Source: Piedraia hortae CBS 480.64
Taxonomy: Eukaryota
NCBI GenBank assembly: GCA_010093745.1
Contig: MU005970.1
Location: 6,138-70,137 of the forward strand
Direction: 5' to 3'
DNA length: 64,000 nt
In this document: in pieces, positions 56,074-64,000 of the stretch
Numbering within the stretch: position 1 is the stretch's first letter
Layout: the number at the start of each line of letters is the position of its first letter
Program-made: the position numbers and the translations under genes
The notes under the pieces: generated by a model
The model's input: only the letters and a program-made list of their open reading frames with translations
The model's database searches: none
Told to the model about the DNA's origin: nothing

Positions 56074-57569
56074 TGGACTTATGCTGGAGAATGGGTGGAG
56101 TTGGAGGGTTGTTTGATGGAATTGATCATTTGTATATGTATGTTCATTTGGGGTGGAGATATGTACAGCTACAGGAAAAGTAGACGGGTGTATCATGGAC
56201 AAGGTGAAAGGATGACGGCATTCCACCTGTACGTGTGGCTCAAATTCTGGTGACGATTGGGTTTGCGTCAAACCCACACGTCAATTTTCCACAATTCCCC
56301 ACGACTGAAAATTCAGCAACCACAACAATATTACTGCAACACTCTATAAAATGCTCCGATAAACGCTCCGGTGCACTTGATTTTTGGACCGAGGCCTGCC
56401 ATCGACAATGGCCTCAGGAACCACCAATCGCCCCTTCGTCATGCAGGCTCAGCAATATTGAGCTCGTAATACCCTGCCGTGAGGATCGACAAAACACCCA
56501 CATTCTGCTTTGGATGCATCCTTGAACCGACTTCGAGGATACCAAGGGCTAGTCGACCGTACGTTGGTTGAGTATTTGAGCCTTTGGGGACCATATTTTC
56601 TATATCATCCCCGGAGGAGAGAGGCCCTTTATCATCAAATCTCCCAAGTCACCCAAGACCGCCTACGTTCAAGACTTGATACCCATCATTTTAACTGATC
56701 GGCTTGCAAAGCACGGTCTCAAAATTTTAAGGGAAGTGACAACTTCAAAATTTGGGACATCCAGATCGAAGCATCGTTATCCTCTCAACTTTTCCTCTAC
56801 AAAAGTTCCATCGATGTTGGCTCGCAAGTTGCCCATGGAACTCGGCAGGTCGGATGCAAGGGGGCAAGCAGGCTGACGAAAGGATTGAAATAACATCTCA
56901 GTTCTTCCTCGATTTTCTTGCGCTTCGTGGGCTACGCGGAGAATCGATTACAGACTCGCAATACTACAGCCCAGCATCTACTGGAGAGGAAAGCCCATTC
57001 TTCTTCGACAAGTTTACATTCGGGCTTGTGAATTGGGCGGCGCCGTTCGCAGCCAAATAAAACGGCAGTCTTGGATATTCGATCGCGGGCAAGACACTCT
57101 GCGTGAATTCTGCAGCTTCGCGGGAGGAGTGGTTCATTGTTCTGGAGCCGGGTGTTTCAGATGTTCTTGAGATCCGCTCACTCGAAGATGCTCGGGCGGT
57201 TAGGACGAAGGAGAGTGCAGCCAGTGCGCTCCCAGATTTCGAAGTTCATTACAGCATCATGTCCCAAAGAGCACTCAATTGACGAATGTGAAGACCGTTC
57301 TGACATCGAGGAGTGGTTGTCCAAAGACCCCAAAGAATGCCGAGATTATCAGCTTATGCGTCAGCTCTATGGCCCTTACCTTCCTACGCAAACGAAGTCC
57401 TCAATTGGCACCAGATGGCCAAGAAAATGGAGCTTTTCAGCACCAACAAGCTGTTCATCGCCATTGGCTGGATTACCTGCAAGACAAAGCTGCGGCTCGG
57501 TGCCGGGAGATGCAGGGGGCGTGGGCAACTCTGAGTGGTCAATCCGCAAAGTCCGAGCGCGTCCCACAT

Positions 57570-59150
57570 CATCTACACAATAACATCATCTACCGTCACA
57601 TGTTTGCGTTTCCAAGCTAATTCGCCTAGAAAAATCCTTCGTCTGCTGTGCCTGAGCCCTTGAGCATACACGAGGTGGTCAGAGATCTGGAGGCGAAGGC
57701 CTGTACCAAGCAGGTATTGATTGCACTGAGCTGGATAGCCATCAGTTCTAACTGCTCGCGTGCAAGAAATGAAGATATGAGGATCCAAGGGCGAGGAGAA
57801 ATCCGCGACCGGCTGCAAGGGGATGCACTAGGTGAGCCGTAAAAGCTCAAGAATGGAAGTCTTTTGAAAGATCCCTAGAAGCTCCTCAATCGCCCTCGTT
57901 ACATGAGAGAGCTTGCGAATAGAAGGAATCAGACTTTCAGACGACCTTTGGGAAGCGAGAAGAATTGTGGGGAAGATCTGTCGTGCAGTTAACATGCGGT
58001 GACACGGTGCGGAGCAAAACCGGGGGACTTGCCCTTTATGGCTCATATGTAGCTGTCATACACTGTTAACATCATGTCTACCTCTTGACGTGACGAGCAG
58101 GTTTTTGACGTGGCGGGCTTGAGATGGCATGGACCCCGCTTCACGTCATCGTCATCTTGAATTTCCGCGGTGTCAATCTCCCTCATATCGGATTGAATAC
58201 CCCCTTTGGTGTTATGGTATGCGTGCATGTCAAAAAGCTCATCCAGCGTGAGCCGCTCATCGACCCCAGCGGAGTACAGTGCAGAATCTCGCATGGACGG
58301 TCCTTGTGTGGATCGAATCCTAAGAGGTGAAACAGGCTTGACAGGGACTTTTTGTAGCCTTGTTCTCCAAACTTAGCTAGTCGCGTGATTTCTTGCCTCT
58401 TTTGAGCCGGCCACATATCCATCTTATCTCCGATATCGTTCGTGTCTCTGATTATCATCAGACATACATGACAGTTCCAGATAGATCTCCGCTAATGTGA
58501 CTGAGTGTCCGACGCAGATGATGCATGTGGCTCTCCGTCTGGGATCGAAGGCCAATGTACCCTTCTGTGCACGTGAGACGTCCTCCTTGATTGCGTGGAG
58601 CATCATCTCGCTATTCAACTTGGGGCCTGTCGAAACGGAGTGATGAGCAGGCTGATGGAAGTTCGCCTGATTTATCCATTGTCAATTTTACAAGAGGGAA
58701 GTTCAGTTACAGACATTTGACTTTTGCGAGACCTCCCCGGTAATTTCATGATGTATCCCTCGTGGGAGCTGTAGCGGTTTCCTTTTACAGCACTCATACC
58801 GTCGCGGGACGAGTCCTGTATCTCGGGTACTGGGGAAATTGACGGACTCTACAGTTGGTTTTGCTGCTCACGATAACTAGCCAACGAAGACACGACCCTT
58901 TGGTTACCATTGACAATTCTTCGGCCATTCAAAAGGAATTCCCCATATCATGGACGGTTTAACCAATTCATCAAGATCTGTCAAGTGTAAACAAAGCATC
59001 CCTGTTACATTGAACTCCTTTGTTGCAACCGCATTCAAGCGAGAACAAATCTCTTGTAGAAAGCTTTGTTCACCATTTGTTACATGCATCCGGACGATGA
59101 AGCTTTCTACCAGCGTATGCACCCTGTATGATGAATCGCCCACCACGTGC
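57570..59150 (-). mobile_element. Highly decayed DNA-transposon relic, CACTA/EnSpm-like transposase type
   Basis: Collinear broken fragments RDGMSAVKGNRYSSH.., HSVSTGPKLNSEMMLHAIKEDVSRAQKGTLAFD.. and GFDPHKDRPCEILHCTPLG. They resemble the recalled fungal motif series DDTSGN..WNKH / HFLSTSN..LE / GLDPHxDTPVEILHTxLLG. Many stops and frameshifts; boundaries approximate. Confidence 0.5.
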
Positions 59151-59380
59151 TACTGCCCGGCGTCACATTCCTTGCTAGTAGCGAACAAATTTTGCTATTA
59201 CACAGTCTTCATATCCCCTTGGCAGAATTCTGCTGCGACAACTATTTTAACCACATTGACCTGTACTCGACCCCAGGTGAAGAAAATTAACACCACACTC
59301 CACGTAGATATACCTCAAGGAACAATCTTCCTTTCTCCTCCCTACACATACCACAATTCCAACCCACAGTCATAATAATC

Positions 59381-60226
59381 ATGCATTTCCAAATCTTCGC
59401 AACCCTGAAGGCCACCATCCTACTGATTCTCCACAAAATATGGCGCAGCCCGGTGTTCCGCCACACTCTTGGCGGGAAACAATCTTCTCCAATCAACAAC
59501 CCTATCACCGAATGGCGAAGCAGCACCGAGGGCTCCAGGGCCGGCTTTGTAGCGTCGTTAGACTACCCAATACCCCCTCCAAGCTCGACACACGACTCTA
59601 CGACCACTCAAAGACCCTCCCCCATCCTCGATCACACAGCCCTAATCACGTACGAATTCTTCCAACCAACCGACAACGCCGCGCTAAACATTAATGACCT
59701 CTTCAGTACCATCATCCCCATCCTTCAAGTCCTCGCAATCGCAATCTTCGTCGCCGATGTTCTTACCAAATGTTTCGGTCTGAAGCCGCGGGCCAAAAAG
59801 CCATCCAAGAAATCTTTTGAGAGCCAACGAACAGAAAAGCGCCTAAAACCAAAACACCACGGCAACCACAGCCTCGAATCGCGCGTTTATGCCCTCTCGC
59901 GCCGAAATGCGAAGCTCGCCTTGTTGCTGAAGCAGGAAAGGCAGCGTAATGTTGCTCTCCGCGCAGAATTCAGTCATCTGTCGCCCAAGTGGAAGAAGGC
60001 TGCCGCGCGTATGAATGAGCATTCTGCATTGCGAGATAGGAAAAGGGATGATCTCTTTAGGATGGTGGACAGGTTTCAGCAGGTGGTTGGGAAGTTGCGT
60101 GAGGCGTTGGGTGAGGTTGTGGACGAGGAGAATGAGGAGGACGGGAAGGTGGTGAGGGAGGAGAAGAAGGAGGTACAGGAGGGAGATGGATATACAAAAA
60201 GCGATGAAGGCGAAGGTAAAGATTGA
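59381..60226 (+). CDS. Hypothetical protein with one TM segment and a basic coiled-coil / acidic C-terminus
   Basis: 281-aa ORF with hydrophobic IIPILQVLAIAIFVADVL and a heptad-like LESRVYALSRRNAKL..LRAEF region. Confidence 0.55.
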   Translation: MHFQIFATLKATILLILHKIWRSPVFRHTLGGKQSSPINNPITEWRSSTEGSRAGFVASLDYPIPPPSSTHDSTTTQRPSPILDHTALITYEFFQPTDNAALNINDLFSTIIPILQVLAIAIFVADVLTKCFGLKPRAKKPSKKSFESQRTEKRLKPKHHGNHSLESRVYALSRRNAKLALLLKQERQRNVALRAEFSHLSPKWKKAAARMNEHSALRDRKRDDLFRMVDRFQQVVGKLREALGEVVDEENEEDGKVVREEKKEVQEGDGYTKSDEGEGKD

Positions 60227-61590
60227 GGGATAAAGAAGAGGCTTGTTGAGTGAGGTGATAGAGGAAATGGATTGTGGTATCTTCGAGGTATTCTATGTGC
60301 GTTTTCGTATCATCAACTTTCATCGGGCCAGGAAGTGGTAGTGGTCATGACGGCGGATTTAACGTTACCTAGCGTTAGTACAAGCTAAGATAGATAATGG
60401 GCTCTCAGCAATGTGTGTGTAGTCCAATATGGGCGAGTAAGGAATTTGGGGTTGTGGTTGAGTATCCATCTGTGGGCCTTTCTAACGACAATCATGCGGA
60501 GCAATTCGGGGTTTAGCCCACACAGTCAGCTGTCACATGTCATCTATCCAGATTAACACTACATAAGCTCAAACGACGTCCATTGCACAATTATCTAGAC
60601 GGAACGGGCGGGACGGTTGAGATGGAGGCCGCACAACGTTGCGGAACCCCATGACCTTCGGTTGAACAATGGTCTCCCGAAAGGTTCACATCAAGGCGAC
60701 TGTGGATATGTTCAGCCGTTTTGCGGTTTGCTCTGACCTGACCTGTCCTGAGTTGACTCTCCCTGAGACCATAGATTTACATCTCCCCAGAGAAATGCCG
60801 GATGTGTAATGAAAGAAAAGCACTGGAGTTTGAAGTTCAATCACTCGTGTTGATTTGATATGAGATCCGAACCACAACTGCTTCAGTTGCTTACACACCC
60901 TGAGAGTGGGAGCCATGCCAATAACCAACATCGACATTGAATCCAGATGTTCGAGCCGCTCCTGGCTTTTACATGCCTGTTTGGAAATTGCATAGTCGTT
61001 CCTCACGTCAAGGGCATTTTTTAATTATATGTGCCGCTAGAATTGTCGCATATATCTGAAAAGGAGTGGTAGGATTGGAATAACTAAAATTGCCGTGGTG
61101 AAGGATGGCTATCGGCCCTTGAATGTTACCACAAGTTTCATCTGAACATCCAGCGATTACTTTGCCGCATACAATTCAGGGGTTTTCGGAAGTGAAGATC
61201 CGGGCTCATAACGGTCGGAAGGGGGAGGTGATCTACTCACACATCTCTGATGTAGCGAAATGTGAATCAGTCAAATGGTGTTTGTGATTTTCTGACGATG
61301 GAAAAAGGGAAGAGAGGATCAGACCCTGATTGTTAAAGCTGTCACACGTTCCGCTACAACCAGGAGCGCATTCGCAGAGATGACATGATGTTACGTGATC
61401 TTACCACAAGAGAAACGTCGTCATTGAGGCTACGTCAACAGGCCGAATGCTACAGTGTATGAACAATAACTGGTACAGTACATGTCTTGAGCCATGGTGC
61501 AATGCTTCGCAAGAGAGTAGCTTACTTGAGCCAAGATTGATGTACAAAATATGTACCAAACTTTTCTGCAGAGGCACTACACGCAATCTC

Positions 61591-62685
61591 TTACATCTGC
61601 TTCACGTTCCTTGCTTGTACCGCGTTACCAAAATCTTGTGGCAGCGAGAGGGAGTAGTCCTCCCGTTACGCTCAAGGATCCTCCCCATTTTTCTCGGCCA
61701 CGTCCAAGGCATTGTTCATCGTCTGATTCGGCGCGGGCAAGAAGATGACTTTATTATTAGCAGACCTCTCCATGGTTTGCATTGCCTCGAAGTAGCGAAT
61801 CTGCATAGCAGGGGCGCTTGAGAGGATATCTGCCGCCTGGTGCATGAGGTGGGCGTTTTGACCTCAGCACGGGCGCTGATGACTTTGGCCTCGCCGGTGC
61901 GTTTGCTCTGAGCGGCCATGGAGAGCGAATCTTGAAGGTCTTGACTGAATATGATGTCCTTGATGAGCATGCTCTCGACCTGCACACCCCATTTCATGGT
62001 GGTGTCATCAAAAAAAAAACCTTGATGCTCTGCGCAATGTCCCCGCGGCGTTCAATCACGTTCTGCAGCATACAGGCGCCGATGACGTGGTGCAGAGTCG
62101 TCTGGGTGCGTTCGACGAGGGATATGCGGATGTCGCTGATGCCAAACGCAGCCTTGTGCGGCGACGTGATATGATAGTAAATGACCGACATGAGCGTCAG
62201 ATTGATATCGTCCTTGGTCATGCGCACTTGACGCGGCACCTCAGCAATCTTAATCTTGACATCGATTTGGAAGATTTTCTCGCTCAGCGTATTGACCTTG
62301 ACAAGCCCCGGGTCCACGACACGAGAGAAGCGGGCGAACTTGGAGACAAGGCCCATATTTCCTTACGCGACTATGCGATGGTGAGTTCAAAGATCGTTTG
62401 ATATGGAATTCTGGATGAGTGCATACCACCGCGATATGAATAGGGAAAGCAGATACAGCCTGAGATCACGCCCAAAATGCCGATTATGTTTCCAACAGTA
62501 TCGATAATGGCTCCATACCATCTGTGTTGCTCCTCTTCTTTCTCGTTTGGTTGGATTATTCTCGCATAAGAAGGCTGAAGGCCTTCCTGTCGTGGAGGAG
62601 CGACATTTACAAGCGGCTGAGGCCCATCATAGTTAGTCTGGGAGGCCTTATCGTTGGTGGTGGATGTCGTAGCTTCAGTGTCCAT
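61591..62685 (-). pseudogene. Stomatin/SPFH (band 7) pseudogene
   Basis: PPRQEGLQPSYA, VDPGLVKVN, AEVPRQ..MTKD, ERTQTTL, WGVQVESMLIKDIIFSQDLQDSLSMAAQSKR, AADILSSAPAMQIRY, KVIFLP. In-frame TAA near 62364, frameshifts near 62015 and 61858, further stops near 61670. Confidence 0.88.
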
Positions 62686-64000
62686 ACTTGTGTTTATTTT
62701 ATGCTTCAGATTGTTGTGAATACGTCGTGTGTGTGGTGGAAACGTGCAGCACGATGCATTTAAGGTAGGCAGGGAAATGCGTTACTCATCAGGAATAAGC
62801 TACGTGATCATTCGTGTGACCTGTCAAGGTGATTAACCGGATTACTTAAGGCGGCGCAGTTCGAACTCCCCCCTCGTCGACCGATCATGCTTGAGTGCTA
62901 CAGCTCAGCCTCCGCGCCACCTTGCAGAGCCACAGGTTTTCATTGCGCCGCCTGTTATAAATGGCCTATATGACTATTCATGATCTGATTAACCCCTCCG
63001 CTATGGGCTGAGGGCTATCTGTGTACTGATGAGCTCCAGATCTGTAGCGCCTGGATTAGTGTCGCGCGTGCGTACACTTTAAACGTGCGCCAGGACAAGA
63101 GGCCTGGCATGTAGCAGCTTCATGAATGAAGGCCAGTCTCTAATTTCTCTTATGGTATATAATCACCACTTCACTGACACCAAATGTGCAATGTCTTTCA
63201 TTCGAGCTAACCAACAGCAATATGCTTCAAACCAGATTGTATCATATTTCCTGTTGCATTTGATACGTCCGAACACCCTTGGGATATGACATCCACGCTT
63301 GATGCCTTGTGCAAACTGCAAGGGGTTGCTTTTACGTCGTACGAAGAGCCCGACCTTGGAAACAAGTGCCAAAGAACAAACAATCCCAGACTAAGACAGC
63401 AAAATCTCGACCAGAGGATTACACGACAGAATGAGGCAGCGCTCACCTCTCGGTTGGCGGCTGCACCGGGCCCAGGGGGCAGGAAATGATGCCATCAGGA
63501 CATGACGTGGCAATATGGCATTGGCTCATCTGCTGATGCATGGACAGTAGGTAGATATCGTGGAAATTATGTAGGGTATGGAGGCAGGTCTTTGAATGTG
63601 GCGCTCAACCATAATTGGTCGACAAGAAGGGTGAGTCCAACCCACGCCACTTTGGGTGGTTCGGTTAATCACCCTGATATCAGCAGAGTACCATCGCTTC
63701 CAAAATTTACATGTCGGTACCATGCCAGCTTCAGTTTGAATGTCATATGGAAAGCATCTTATTGTGCCAAATTTTTGATAAGTGGTCCTGTTGTGGAAAT
63801 ATGGGCCAAGAGGGTGATTGCGTTGACTATGTGAGCCGCTGTCTCAGGCCGTCATGGATGAAATAACCACCACGATGCAATGCCAGGCAGTAAACAAGGA
63901 AGCAGCTCTCACAGAATCTTGTCTTAACGCCATTTCTCTACTCCATCTTTGAAAACTTTTAATTCTCAAAGTGCGGAGAGCAGCGTATCTACAAAATTGC

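Noticed and set aside
60652..60690. Imperfect hairpin TGACCTTCGG...CCGAAAGGTTCA
   Set aside because: Short and isolated; it cannot be assigned to any RNA family.
1..64000. Secondary-metabolite or defence gene cluster; tRNA genes
   Set aside because: No PKS, NRPS, terpene synthase, NLR/HET or toxin genes and no tRNA cloverleaf recognised. Gene content is mixed housekeeping.

Overview
This is gene-dense genomic DNA from a filamentous ascomycete. Protein style suggests a Dothideomycete, but the species cannot be determined from the sequence alone. The window holds about 34 protein-coding genes, many with short introns (mostly 40-60 nt) and very small intergenic gaps. They are mainly housekeeping genes: LEA1, an ALDH, an EF-hand NADH dehydrogenase, ZPR1, SEN54, nrc-2 kinase, DAD3, an arrestin, a cyclophilin, RPR2/SNM1, DBR1, cyclin C, SAL1, MET5, ATP25, MRPS5, Clr2, Ras, GMF, DUF866, URK1, GID8, GILT, VMA16, TOA2, POP5, ESF1, a DPB3-like gene and a CLC channel. 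Several spliced genes are missed or fragmented by the ORF track and were rebuilt by hand. Non-coding and accessory content includes a dispersed 5S rRNA gene, three intronic box C/D snoRNAs within 1.6 kb, two decayed DNA-transposon relics (one resembling an oomycete-type hAT family) and a stomatin pseudogene. The most interesting observations are the snoRNA trio, about 12 recurrent C-rich to G-rich skew inversions independent of gene orientation, a head-to-head 'allergen'/dehydrin-like pair with a CRE-rich promoter, an in-frame 225-nt intron in SAL1, and a high share of AAG 3' splice sites. All family assignments come from recalled motifs; no database search was run.
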